Counted from the first letter of the stretch, positions 1 to 9,151 are shown. The stretch is 26,528 nucleotides of DNA from Verrucomicrobiota bacterium (GCA_045046875.1 JASFYY010000062.1:1-26528), one strand, 5' to 3'. The notes: generated by a model not told the origin, from the sequence alone. Made by a program: numbers and translations.

Positions 1-37
1 GGCGCGGATAAGAATAAAGAAAGAATTTTTAATAACG

Positions 38-361
38 ATGGAAGTCACACTGAATCATTTTCTATTTGTTAGCGGATTGCTTTTTGCAATCGGGCTGGCG
101 GGTGTCTTGGTGCGACGGAATGTGATCGTGATTTTCATGTGCCTGGAGCTGATGTTGTCTGCGGCTAATCTTTCGCTGGTGGCATTTTCTCGTTTCAACC
201 TGACGCCAGCGGGCGATGCGGACTACAACGCTCAGGTGTTTTTGTTTTTTATCATCACAGTGGCGGCTGCCGAAGTGGCGGTGGGGCTGGCGATTATCGT
301 GGCTTTGTATCGTGCCAAACAGACGACGGATGTCACACAGATCAACTCGATGAAGAACTGA
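38..361 (+). CDS. nuoK: NADH-quinone oxidoreductase subunit K
   Basis: 107 aa with three hydrophobic segments and the motifs '[15 protein letters not shown]' and '[18 protein letters not shown]'; first of a K-L-M-N run. Confidence 0.97.
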   Translation: MEVTLNHFLFVSGLLFAIGLAGVLVRRNVIVIFMCLELMLSAANLSLVAFSRFNLTPAGDADYNAQVFLFFIITVAAAEVAVGLAIIVALYRAKQTTDVTQINSMKN

Positions 362-374
362 TCGGATTATTTTT

Positions 375-2216
375 ATGGAAGCTCAGAATTTACCTTGGAT
401 CATTTTATTGCTGCCCTTGCTTTCGGCAGCGACGATCCTGTTGTTGACGAGACGCAGTGGCAACATCAGTGCGCTGATTTCCACGGGTGCTTCTTTGATC
501 ACGCTGTTGCTGGGGGTGGCTTTGCTGAGACTGCCGGACGGTGTTCATGTGCAGGCTTTTCCGTGGCTGAATTTGAGTTCGAATTTTGTGGTCGAGATTG
601 GTTTCCAGATCGATCAACTGAGCCGCGGCATGATGTTTGTGGTGACGGCGATCGGTGCGGCGGTGCATGTGTTTTCGCTGGCTTACATGAAGGATGACGA
701 GGGCAAGGCACGTTATTTTGCCGGGCTGTCTTTTTTCATGTTCTCGATGACGGGCATTGTTTTTGCCAACAACTTCGTGATGATGTTTGTTTTCTGGGAG
801 TTGGTGGGATTCAGCTCGTATGTGTTGATCGGGCATTGGTTCGAAAAAGACTCGGCGGCGGATGCGGCGAAAAAAGCTTTTCTCACTAACCGCATCGGGG
901 ACTTCGGTTTCATGATTGGCATCCTGCTGGTCTGGGGGCTGACCAAGTCGATTTATTTCACACAAATCGCAACGGCGGTGGTGGATGACCAGATTTTGAA
1001 TGGGGTGTCGAATGGATTGTTGATGGCGATGGTCTTGTGTGTGTTCTGCGGGGCGATTGGTAAATCGGCGCAGTTGCCGCTGCACGTGTGGTTGCCGGAC
1101 GCGATGGAGGGCCCGACGCCGGTATCGGCTTTGATTCATGCGGCGACGATGGTGGCGGCCGGGGTTTACATGCTGGCGCGCATTGCCTTTTTGATTCCAA
1201 TGTCAGCAGGAGCTGGCGAAGTGATCGCTTGGATCGGGGCGATCACGTCGTTGATCGCTGCGTTGATGGCCTTGCAGCAGAATGACATCAAACGCATTCT
1301 GGCTTATTCAACTCTCTCGCAACTGGGTTACATGGTGATGGCGGTGGGGATCAATGCGGCGGACGCGGCGATGTTTCACTTGTTCACGCACGCGTTTTTC
1401 AAAGCGCTGTTGTTTCTCGGATCGGGGGCGGTGATTTACGCTTGCCATCACGAGCAGGATATTTGGAAAATGGGTGGTCTGGCCAAAAAGATGCCGATCA
1501 CTTTTGTGACTTTTGTTATCGGCACGGCGGCGCTGATGGGCTTGCCTTTTGTGACCTCAGGCTTTTTCAGTAAGGAGGCGATTCTAGGCGCGGCACTGCA
1601 TGGGCATAGAGCTTTGTTTGTGATCGCTGCTTTTATTGTTTTGCTGACGGCTTTTTATATGACTCGTCTGATTGTGGTGGCTTTCCTCGGGGAAGATCGC
1701 AGTGAGAATGCCAAAAAAGCCAAAGAGGTTCCGCTGCTGATGTGGCTGCCGCTGGTTTTGCTGGCGGTGCCGTCGGTGATCGCGGGTTACGAGTTTTTCT
1801 ACAAGGGTATGAAATTGAGCCCTGCTTTTTATGAGCATGAAGGGCCTGCCAGCGTCGGGTTGATAATAGCTTCTGCAGGGTTGTTGGTATTGGGAATTGG
1901 CATGGCATTCTGGGGTTACAAGGGGGAGGAGTCCGATCCGCTGAACGGTTATCGGGTGACGCGCTGGTTTGCTAACAAGTTCTACGTGGATGAAGCTTAC
2001 GCCTGGCTGATCAAGATTTTTCAAGACGGTCTGGCTGGAGTGGCCAATTTTGTCGACAAGGTGGTGGTGGACGGCTTGGTCGCACGCTTGCCGGCGGCTG
2101 GGGCTTTGCGTCTGGGAGATGCGATGCGGCGTTTGCAAAGCGGTAACTTGCAGTCCTACGGTTTTCTTTTTGCTTTGGGTGCGGTTTTGGTGATTTACCT
2201 GGTGGTATTCAAATAA
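375..2216 (+). CDS. nuoL: NADH-quinone oxidoreductase subunit L
   Basis: 613 aa antiporter-like subunit: 'FWELVGFSSYVLIG', 'AFLTNRIGDFG', 'GKSAQLPLHVWLPDAMEGPTPVSALIHAATMVAAG', 'DIKRILAYSTLSQLGYM', C-terminal 'LQSGNLQSY'. Confidence 0.97.
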   Translation: MEAQNLPWIILLLPLLSAATILLLTRRSGNISALISTGASLITLLLGVALLRLPDGVHVQAFPWLNLSSNFVVEIGFQIDQLSRGMMFVVTAIGAAVHVFSLAYMKDDEGKARYFAGLSFFMFSMTGIVFANNFVMMFVFWELVGFSSYVLIGHWFEKDSAADAAKKAFLTNRIGDFGFMIGILLVWGLTKSIYFTQIATAVVDDQILNGVSNGLLMAMVLCVFCGAIGKSAQLPLHVWLPDAMEGPTPVSALIHAATMVAAGVYMLARIAFLIPMSAGAGEVIAWIGAITSLIAALMALQQNDIKRILAYSTLSQLGYMVMAVGINAADAAMFHLFTHAFFKALLFLGSGAVIYACHHEQDIWKMGGLAKKMPITFVTFVIGTAALMGLPFVTSGFFSKEAILGAALHGHRALFVIAAFIVLLTAFYMTRLIVVAFLGEDRSENAKKAKEVPLLMWLPLVLLAVPSVIAGYEFFYKGMKLSPAFYEHEGPASVGLIIASAGLLVLGIGMAFWGYKGEESDPLNGYRVTRWFANKFYVDEAYAWLIKIFQDGLAGVANFVDKVVVDGLVARLPAAGALRLGDAMRRLQSGNLQSYGFLFALGAVLVIYLVVFK

Positions 2217-2262
2217 ATGACGGACTCGAATTTTCCTAAGTGATTTTTATTCTTATAATACT

Positions 2263-3816
2263 GTGACCTTACTAGAAGCCATCATAGCTGTTCCCATCGT
2301 TGCCGCCATCGCGATTGCGTTTGGCTCACCGACGCGTCCGACAGCCATGGCCGCAGCGGCGATCAATCTGGTATTGATCTTGATGACTTTTGGTCAGTAT
2401 GATTTGACTCTGGAAGGCGTGTATCAACTGACGGGATCGCATCCGATTATCACTGTGCCTGATGTGGCCAATCCGGGTGCTGAAACGACTTTGTTCGGGC
2501 TTTCCACCGGAGTGGATGGCATCAGTCTGGTGCTGTTATTGCTCACTGGATTAGTGACTCTGGCTGCGGTGTGGGTCAGTCCGGCTGAGGATCAGATCAA
2601 GGGCAGCAAGCGTTTGTATTATTTGTCATCGCTGTTGATCTCGGCGGGTGCTTTGGGTGCCTTCTGTTCGACCGATTTGTTTTTCTTTTTCGCTTTTCAT
2701 GAGTTGGCCTTGATTCCAACTTTCCTGATGATCGGTATTTTTGGCAGTGGGCCGAACCGAGTAAGGGTGGCGTGGAAAATGACGATTTACCTTGGCGTGG
2801 GCAGTATGATTTTGCTGGCCGGTTTGGTGGCTTTGTTTGTGGCCTTGGGTGGTCAGAGTTTGCAATTTGCGGACCTGCAGGCATGGGCGGATGCGCCTGC
2901 GGCGATTGCCAGCGCTTCGTTGGAGAACTGGATTTTCCTGACCTTGCTGATCGGATTTGGCATTTTGGTTTCGTTGTTCCCTTTCCACACCTGGGCACCG
3001 GAGGCTTACGCCACCGCACCGACACCGACGGCGATGTTGCATGCCGGAGTTTTGAAAAAGTTCGGTCTTTACGGTTTGATTCGCATCGCCTTGCCGATGC
3101 TGCCCAACGGAGCGGCACACTGGCAGACATTGTTGCTGGTGCTGTTGGTGGGGAATATTCTCTACGTCGGTTATGTGACGATGGCGCAGAAGCGTTTTGA
3201 TCTGATGCTGGGGAATTCCTCGGTGATGCACATGGGTTACGCTTTCCTCGGTATTGCGGCGATGAACACCATCGGGGTGCAGGGAGCGGTGTTGCTGATG
3301 TTTGCCCACGGGATTTCGATCGCGCTGTTGTTTGCTCTGAACGGTCACTTGCGCAAACGTTTTGGCACGCTCGAATTTGATCGCATCGGCGGTGGGCTGG
3401 GCAAGTTGTTGCCATCGCTGGGTTTGCTCTTCGGTTTTGCCATCATGGCGGCGATTGGGCTGCCGGGTTTTGCCAACTTCTCTGCGGAAGTGATGATCTT
3501 TTTTGGTGGTTTTGCCGGACTGTTTGCGCAGCAGAGTGGCGAGGGTATCAGCCTCGGACCCGTGCAGATTGCGACAATGTGCGCGATCTGGGGAGTGGTT
3601 ATTTCGGCGGTCTACGGTTTGCGAGCCTACCGCAATCTGTTCATGGGGCCGCTGCCGGATTCTACTAAAGGCCGCGAGTTGGTGGATCTGACTCTGGCCG
3701 AGAAGTTGCCACTGCTTTTGTTGATTGTGGCTTTGTTGGTGATTGGCTTCGCTCCCGGATTGTTAATCAAGTATCTCGTTCCTAGCATTGAAAACATTTC
3801 CCACTTAGCTGGATAA
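2263..3816 (+). CDS. nuoM: NADH-quinone oxidoreductase subunit M (GTG start)
   Basis: 517 aa; 'GVDGISL', 'FPFHTWAPEAYATAPT', 'LKKFGLYGLIR', 'SSVMHMGY', 'IGLPGFANFSAE'; lies between nuoL and nuoN. Confidence 0.95.
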   Translation: MTLLEAIIAVPIVAAIAIAFGSPTRPTAMAAAAINLVLILMTFGQYDLTLEGVYQLTGSHPIITVPDVANPGAETTLFGLSTGVDGISLVLLLLTGLVTLAAVWVSPAEDQIKGSKRLYYLSSLLISAGALGAFCSTDLFFFFAFHELALIPTFLMIGIFGSGPNRVRVAWKMTIYLGVGSMILLAGLVALFVALGGQSLQFADLQAWADAPAAIASASLENWIFLTLLIGFGILVSLFPFHTWAPEAYATAPTPTAMLHAGVLKKFGLYGLIRIALPMLPNGAAHWQTLLLVLLVGNILYVGYVTMAQKRFDLMLGNSSVMHMGYAFLGIAAMNTIGVQGAVLLMFAHGISIALLFALNGHLRKRFGTLEFDRIGGGLGKLLPSLGLLFGFAIMAAIGLPGFANFSAEVMIFFGGFAGLFAQQSGEGISLGPVQIATMCAIWGVVISAVYGLRAYRNLFMGPLPDSTKGRELVDLTLAEKLPLLLLIVALLVIGFAPGLLIKYLVPSIENISHLAG

Positions 3817-3821
3817 AAGAC

Positions 3822-5312
3822 ATGCCTGCTTATTATTTGGAAATCATCGTTGTTGTATTGGGTTTGACCGTGTTGATGGTCGAAACCTTCGTTCCCTTGC
3901 GTGACAAACGTTCGCTTGGCTGGTTGGCCATTCTAGGGCTGCTGGTGGTATTGGTTCTGAACTTCACGGCTACAGGATCGGGTGGGGGAGATACGCCGTT
4001 CTGGAAATTTTATGCTGATGACGCTTTGGCGCAGTGGTTCAAGGGCATTGCTTTGCTGACGACCATTTTTGTCATTCTGATGTCGGTGGATTTCAGTAAG
4101 GTATTGAGCCAGGGCATCGCTCCTGATGGTGATGAAAAGGCTGATGGAATCGGTAAACAAGTGGCGCTGGGTGAGTTTTTTGCACTGCCTATATTCATCT
4201 GCGCGGGTTTGATGTGGATGGCTTCGGCGCAGCACCTGGTTAGTATTTTTGTGGCTTTGGAAACGGTGACGATTGGGTTCTATGTCATGGTTGCGTTCAT
4301 GCGTCGTAATGTGGGATCTTTGGAGGCGGGGGTGAAATACCTCATTCTTGGTGCGCTTTCGACCGGCTTTCTGGTTTACGGTTTTGCCTGGTTGTTCGGT
4401 GTGACGGGGTCGATGGAGCTGCCCGCGATTGCCGAGGCCTTGAACTCCCCGGATCTGCACCGCACGGGAGCTTTGTTCGCTTTTGCTTTGATCTTGATTG
4501 CGCTGTGTTTCAAAATCGGAGCAGTGCCTTTCCAGTTGTGGATACCTGATGTGTATCAGGGCGCGCCGATGCCGGTGACGGCTTTTCTTTCAGTCGGTTC
4601 AAAGGCAGCGGGCTTTGTGATTTTACTGCGTTTGCTGGAGCCTTTCATGGGCAGTGCGGCGCTTAATGAAAAGGTGGTGCTGGTATTGGTGATCATCGCT
4701 GGGGCGACGATTATTTACGGAAATCTGGCAGCCCTGTCGCAGACCAATTTCAAACGTTTGCTGGCTTATTCGAGTGTTTCCCATGCGGGATTTTTGCTGA
4801 TGGCAGTGGCCAGTGCACCCAGCCATGCGGTGGCGGTGACTCCAGTGGATGCGGTGGCTTATTATTTAGCGGCTTATTTGTTGATGACGATGCTGGCATT
4901 TTTGATTATGAACCTGGTTAGAGTTCAGCGTGGAGGAGAGACTTTGGATGACTACAAGGGCCTGGCCAAAACATCTCCCTTGTTGGCCTTCGCGATGTTG
5001 GTGGCCATGGCTTCGCTGGCCGGGGTTCCCTTGACAGCGGGTTTTGTGGGTAAGTTCTGGGTGTTTGTGTTGGCTCTGCAGGCCGGGCATTATTATCTGG
5101 TGACAGCAGCGGTGGTCGGTGCGGCGGCGGGTTTTTATTATTATCTGAAAATTGTCAAAGCGATGTATTGGGATGCTCCAGCCGAGGCGGGTAGCGCCGC
5201 AGCGACTTCGATCGTGGTGATTTGGCCTGTTCGGGTGGCTATTATTTTGTTGGTAGTGGCGATTTTCTATTTTGGCGTGAACCCCAAAGTGCTGCTCGGT
5301 TTGTTTTCCTGA
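3822..5312 (+). CDS. nuoN: NADH-quinone oxidoreductase subunit N
   Basis: 496 aa; 'SLEAGVKYLILGA', 'FKIGAVPFQLWIPDVYQGAP', 'KRLLAYSSVSHAG', 'SLAGVPLTAGFVGK'. Confidence 0.96.
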   Translation: MPAYYLEIIVVVLGLTVLMVETFVPLRDKRSLGWLAILGLLVVLVLNFTATGSGGGDTPFWKFYADDALAQWFKGIALLTTIFVILMSVDFSKVLSQGIAPDGDEKADGIGKQVALGEFFALPIFICAGLMWMASAQHLVSIFVALETVTIGFYVMVAFMRRNVGSLEAGVKYLILGALSTGFLVYGFAWLFGVTGSMELPAIAEALNSPDLHRTGALFAFALILIALCFKIGAVPFQLWIPDVYQGAPMPVTAFLSVGSKAAGFVILLRLLEPFMGSAALNEKVVLVLVIIAGATIIYGNLAALSQTNFKRLLAYSSVSHAGFLLMAVASAPSHAVAVTPVDAVAYYLAAYLLMTMLAFLIMNLVRVQRGGETLDDYKGLAKTSPLLAFAMLVAMASLAGVPLTAGFVGKFWVFVLALQAGHYYLVTAAVVGAAAGFYYYLKIVKAMYWDAPAEAGSAAATSIVVIWPVRVAIILLVVAIFYFGVNPKVLLGLFS

Positions 5313-5378
5313 AACAAGGTTTGAAAAAAGCTGCTTTTCTCATCCCTGCGAAAAAAGCATAAAATTTGTAATCGGCTA

Positions 5379-5407
5379 TTGCCGGATGGGTTTTCTTTTG
5401 GTACGCT
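5379..5407 (+). promoter_or_regulatory. Candidate sigma70 promoter for the 5432-8907 cluster
   Basis: TTGCCG (5379-5384), 17 nt spacer, TACGCT (5402-5407), with an extended -10 TG at 5399-5400; 24 nt upstream of the ATG. Confidence 0.45.
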
Positions 5408-5431
5408 TTCCTTTCTAAATAGAGATTTCGC

Positions 5432-6118
5432 ATGGCAGAAAAGAAGAAAAACGGCTGCATGAGTTGCTTGGTGACCTTGTTTTTACTGGGGGTGATAGCG
5501 ACGATGTTACTGGGTGCTACGGGCGCGGTGATTTATATGAACCGTGAGCAAGTGGGCGAGATGATCGGGATGGAAATTCCTTCGCTGGAGGAGGCTCAAA
5601 AGCAAATCAATCGAGCGGTGCAGAATGCAGAATCAGGCAAAGGATTTTCTGGCAATGCGGGTAAGATACAGCAAGCCGATGCGCAAAAATTGCAAGAAGA
5701 GCTGCAGCGTGATGACATGTTGGTATTGGTGAGTTATTCGGCTGATTGGTTTGAGCCCAGTCGGCAGATGAAACCGGAGTTGGAAAGGCTGGCGTGGAAA
5801 TATGGAGACAAGGTGGTGATCCTGGATATCCACATTGATGAAGAGCAGGCTTTGGCAAAAAAAGAAAAAGTCGGGGTTATCCCGGATTACCGTTTATTTT
5901 ATCAAGGCAAAGAGCTGGCCAAAGCAGAAGGCCATGTTCCCTTTTCTGTTCTTGAGACTATGGTGAGGCAGTATGAATCGGTTTTGGAAGGCAGTGCTAG
6001 CCGGGCATTGGTGATGCCGGACGGGGGAGTGATTGAACCGGGTGGGAATAAGTGGGTGCCTGAGGGATTTTCTAAAACCATGCCTACAGGCAAACCTAAA
6101 AAGGAGTCTAAAAAATGA
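5432..6118 (+). CDS. Membrane-anchored thioredoxin-fold protein lacking the CxxC active site
   Basis: N-terminal KKK plus hydrophobic helix; C-terminal thioredoxin pattern 'LVLVSYSADWFEPSRQMKPELERLA...DIHIDEEQALAKKEKVGVIPDYRLFYQGKEL' including the cis-Pro equivalent (IP). Confidence 0.85.
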   Translation: MAEKKKNGCMSCLVTLFLLGVIATMLLGATGAVIYMNREQVGEMIGMEIPSLEEAQKQINRAVQNAESGKGFSGNAGKIQQADAQKLQEELQRDDMLVLVSYSADWFEPSRQMKPELERLAWKYGDKVVILDIHIDEEQALAKKEKVGVIPDYRLFYQGKELAKAEGHVPFSVLETMVRQYESVLEGSASRALVMPDGGVIEPGGNKWVPEGFSKTMPTGKPKKESKK

Positions 6119-8256
6119 GCGACAAGGTGAAAGTCAGCACGCCTTGGGGTCAACAAGGGGGAGGAGATGATGAAAAACCCTCGGGAGCCGGACTTGGCGA
6201 CACATCAAATTTGCTTCAAGTGCCCTGCCCGCATTGTGGTCAGGCTTTGGCGCTTGGTAGGGAGTATCTTGGTGGGCATTGCCTGTGTTCGGTGTGTGAT
6301 GAGCTGATGCTGGTGAGCTTGAAAAAAGCTTATGGCGGGGAAATGGCTGTGGTGGCAGAAAAAGTGGATAAAATGACGGGGGAGAAAATATCCGATTCTG
6401 CTGCGACGTCTGCGCCTGAAGTAGGCGGTCCGGCAATGGAGGAGGATTGGGAAAATACCCGGCCGGTGAAAATGTGGGCAGGTTCGGCAAAGGACAAATC
6501 GGTGATGGAGGATGATGACATGGACTTGGGCGCGACCATGCCGATTCCGACAGTGGGTAAGATGGACGATGACGAAATGGACTTGGGGGCCACCATGCCA
6601 ATTCCCACCATGGGCAAAATGGAGGATGACGAGATGGATTTAGGGGTCACCATGCCGGTGCCTACCGTGGGCAAAAGTGATAAGGATTACCGAGGTCTGG
6701 GGGCAACAATGCCGATACCAGCTGTAGCCAAGGGGGCAGCTCCTGCCGAGGTGGATGAAGATTGGGAAATGACGGCCCCTGGTAAGGCCCAGTCGATGGC
6801 ACCCAGAGCGCCTTCAAGTTCACCCGGGGGACTTTGGGGTAAAGAAGCTACGGGTAGGCAGGGGGTGAAGTTGGCACCTCCGGGAGAGAAATCAGGCAAA
6901 GTTGGGCCAAAGGCTCCGGCACCTACTTCGGGAGCGGTGCCGACGGTGACCACTCCGCCGACCAAAGCGCCAGCTCCGACTACAGGTTCTGTGCCGACAT
7001 TGGACTCGGGTCAAGTGAGTGCGAGGCAGGAGGCTCGGAAGGAAGAACTGCCGGCATGGCAACCGCCAGGCTTGAGCAAACCGTTGGGTAAGGGCCCGGC
7101 AGCACCAGCCGAAAAGGCGGCGGAGGAGAAAGCCGCTAAAAAGAAAGAGGTGGTCGCCAAGCAAAAGAAAAGTAATCCTTTTGGCAACAAGGCTTCTGAA
7201 CCGGCTACCAATAAAAAGGTGAAAATCAGACGCCGACCTAAAAGTCGTAAAGGCTTGGTGTTTATGATGTTTGTATTTTTGTTGGTGATGGTGGCATTGG
7301 CTGTATTCATTGTGGCTCCAGGTCTGATCCCCCGTGGTTTGGAAGCAAGGGAATTTGTTGATGGTAAAATTGATGAAGCCAGAGGGCAGGTTGAGGGGTT
7401 TTTGGCTCAACGTGCGATGAGCGGTGACTCGTCGTCTGGTTCTACTGGTGGTGTTGGTGCGGAGGTAAGTCAGGGTGATGGTTCCGGAGGGGCGGTGTTT
7501 CCGCCTTTGAAAGGTGATGCGGCAACAGGAGGAGAGGTTAAGGCGGTGGACATGACTCCGATGCATACTCGTGAGAGTGATGCGGCTTTGCAAAAATTGT
7601 TGAGCCAGGAGGGGGAGCAGGTGATTCGGCGCTTTTATGGAGCTTCCTCGGTAGATGAAAAGCTGGCCTTTGTGGTTGATGCTGAAGGCGCCCGTACCGA
7701 CATGGAACAATATTTTTCTGACGAGAGTAAGCTCGCTACGGTTCGTTCGGTTCTGTTTCGTGGCGGCGCGCGTGATTCGGAAACCGGTCATTATTACGGT
7801 GTCTTTGATGTGACTGAAAATGAAAATGATGCGCCGCATCGGTGGTGCGTGGTGGATCCTGGCACGGGGCTTTATCAGGTCGATTGGATTTTGTACCGCC
7901 AGATTGTAGCGTCTCGGTTGGGGGAGTTTTTGCGCAAGCCTGCAGGCGAAGGGGCACAGAGTTTTCATATGCTGTTGAAATTGGGTGATCGGGTTCCTGC
8001 GGATGACAGCCCATGGTTTGATGATGCGGTGAGGGTGGAAATGCAGGTTCCGATGATCAGTTCGAGCTGGTATTCGGTTCTGGTGAAAAAACCTCTTGCA
8101 GACAGTCTGGGTATTACCACCAAGTTAGCCAATGGCCGTTTGGCAATGGCGGTGGTAGAAATCGCCTGGGTTGCGGGGGATAAAGAATCCACTGAGCGCT
8201 TGCCTGCCATCGTTGGGGTGAAACAATGGGGAGCCTGGGCTCGTAATAATTTTTAA
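6115..8256 (+). CDS. Hypothetical bitopic membrane protein: N-terminal Zn-ribbon, disordered repeat region, single TM, C-terminal extracytoplasmic domain
   Basis: 713 aa; ATGA overlap with the upstream stop; CPHC...CSVC; Pro/Ala/Lys-rich linker; basic 'KKVKIRRRPKSRK' before TM 'GLVFMMFVFLLVMVALAVFIVA'. Confidence 0.85.
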   Translation: MSDKVKVSTPWGQQGGGDDEKPSGAGLGDTSNLLQVPCPHCGQALALGREYLGGHCLCSVCDELMLVSLKKAYGGEMAVVAEKVDKMTGEKISDSAATSAPEVGGPAMEEDWENTRPVKMWAGSAKDKSVMEDDDMDLGATMPIPTVGKMDDDEMDLGATMPIPTMGKMEDDEMDLGVTMPVPTVGKSDKDYRGLGATMPIPAVAKGAAPAEVDEDWEMTAPGKAQSMAPRAPSSSPGGLWGKEATGRQGVKLAPPGEKSGKVGPKAPAPTSGAVPTVTTPPTKAPAPTTGSVPTLDSGQVSARQEARKEELPAWQPPGLSKPLGKGPAAPAEKAAEEKAAKKKEVVAKQKKSNPFGNKASEPATNKKVKIRRRPKSRKGLVFMMFVFLLVMVALAVFIVAPGLIPRGLEAREFVDGKIDEARGQVEGFLAQRAMSGDSSSGSTGGVGAEVSQGDGSGGAVFPPLKGDAATGGEVKAVDMTPMHTRESDAALQKLLSQEGEQVIRRFYGASSVDEKLAFVVDAEGARTDMEQYFSDESKLATVRSVLFRGGARDSETGHYYGVFDVTENENDAPHRWCVVDPGTGLYQVDWILYRQIVASRLGEFLRKPAGEGAQSFHMLLKLGDRVPADDSPWFDDAVRVEMQVPMISSSWYSVLVKKPLADSLGITTKLANGRLAMAVVEIAWVAGDKESTERLPAIVGVKQWGAWARNNF
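6505..6732 (+). repeat. Coding tandem repeat, 4 x 57 bp (19 aa; consensus MEDDEMDLGATMPIPTVGK)
   Basis: Units begin at 6505, 6562, 6619 and 6676; the fourth is degenerate at its start (SDKDYRGLGATMPIPAVAK). Confidence 0.95.
6910..7002 (+). repeat. Coding duplication with 54-bp period (KAPAPTSGAVPTV / KAPAPTTGSVPTL)
   Basis: Two copies starting at 6910 and 6964 in the frame of the 713-aa ORF. Confidence 0.8.
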
Positions 8257-8286
8257 TGAAGGCCGTATCCGGTTTTCCCTTTCGTT

Positions 8287-8907
8287 TTGAAACGTATTCT
8301 CGATCTTCTGTACGCCGTTACAGGGTTGTTACTTCTTGCCCCGCTGTTGTTGCTGGTGGCAGGCTTGATTAAATGGCGGGACGGTGGGCCTGTTTTGTTT
8401 CTGCAGGAGAGGGTGGGGCATCTGGGTAAGCGGTTCCAGATTCTGAAGTTCAGAACTATGAAAGCGGGACGGGGCAAAAACGGACCGAAATTCACGATCA
8501 TGGGCGATGCCCGGGTGACTGACTTAGGTAAAGTGCTAAGGCGCTCCAAGATTGATGAGCTTCCGCAGTTATGGAATGTGGCCAGGGGTGAGATGAGTAT
8601 GGTCGGGCCACGTCCTGAAGTGCCGGAGTATGTTGAACTGTTCAGTGAAGAGCAAAAAGAGGTGTTGAGGTATGCACCGGGGATCACTGGATTGGCGACT
8701 TTGGAGTTTCGCAATGAGGAGCACTGGTTGGGAGAGGTGGAGGATCCGGAGAGGGTGTATCTCAATGAGGTGATACCGCGTAAGATTGAATTGAATTTGA
8801 AATACGCCGAAGTCGCCAATTGCTGGCAGGATTTCAAGTTGATCTTGCGAACCGTGGTGGCTTTGTTTGATATGCGTTCGGTGCCGAGGAGAAATGAGGA
8901 GAAATAG
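8287..8907 (+). CDS. Small monotopic phosphoglycosyl transferase (bacterial sugar transferase, PglC/WbaP C-terminal family)
   Basis: 'KRILDL', 'GPVLFLQERVG', 'KFRTM', 'LRRSKIDELPQLWNVARGEMSMVGPRP', 'PGITGLA'; TTG start, exact start uncertain. Confidence 0.92.
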   Translation: MKRILDLLYAVTGLLLLAPLLLLVAGLIKWRDGGPVLFLQERVGHLGKRFQILKFRTMKAGRGKNGPKFTIMGDARVTDLGKVLRRSKIDELPQLWNVARGEMSMVGPRPEVPEYVELFSEEQKEVLRYAPGITGLATLEFRNEEHWLGEVEDPERVYLNEVIPRKIELNLKYAEVANCWQDFKLILRTVVALFDMRSVPRRNEEK

Positions 8908-8956
8908 GCCTTTTCCAGTCTTTTTTCAGTTAAATGAAAATTTCCGGGAATAGTTT

Positions 8957-8992
8957 TTGACAGAAAATCCGATTCGGCTAAATTGCGCGGCG
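8957..8992 (+). promoter_or_regulatory. Sigma70 promoter with GC-rich discriminator for tRNA-Thr-tuf
   Basis: TTGACA (8957-8962), 16 nt spacer, TAAATT (8979-8984), then GCGCGGCG; the layout typical of stable-RNA promoters. Confidence 0.75.
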
Positions 8993-9151
8993 TTTTTGAC
9001 TCTTCAAAGAGACTAGCACGCCTTGCAAATTCCGCTCCAAAGCAGGATTACAGGGGGTTCCAGCCTCTCTTAAGAATCAGAGCGGGATTTTTAGAAAGTG
9101 ATCGCCTTGACTCGTTTTTCTCGTTTTGGCGGTTTCGTGATAGAAATCCAG

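Noticed and set aside
3..15. 13-bp match CGCGGATAAGAAT between 3-15 and 25951-25963
   Set aside because: A few 13-bp matches are expected by chance in 26.5 kb, and the upstream context is cut off by the window edge.
5747..5761. Selenocysteine or recoding at the thioredoxin active site
   Set aside because: The codons are TTT and AGT, not TGA; the frame is uninterrupted.
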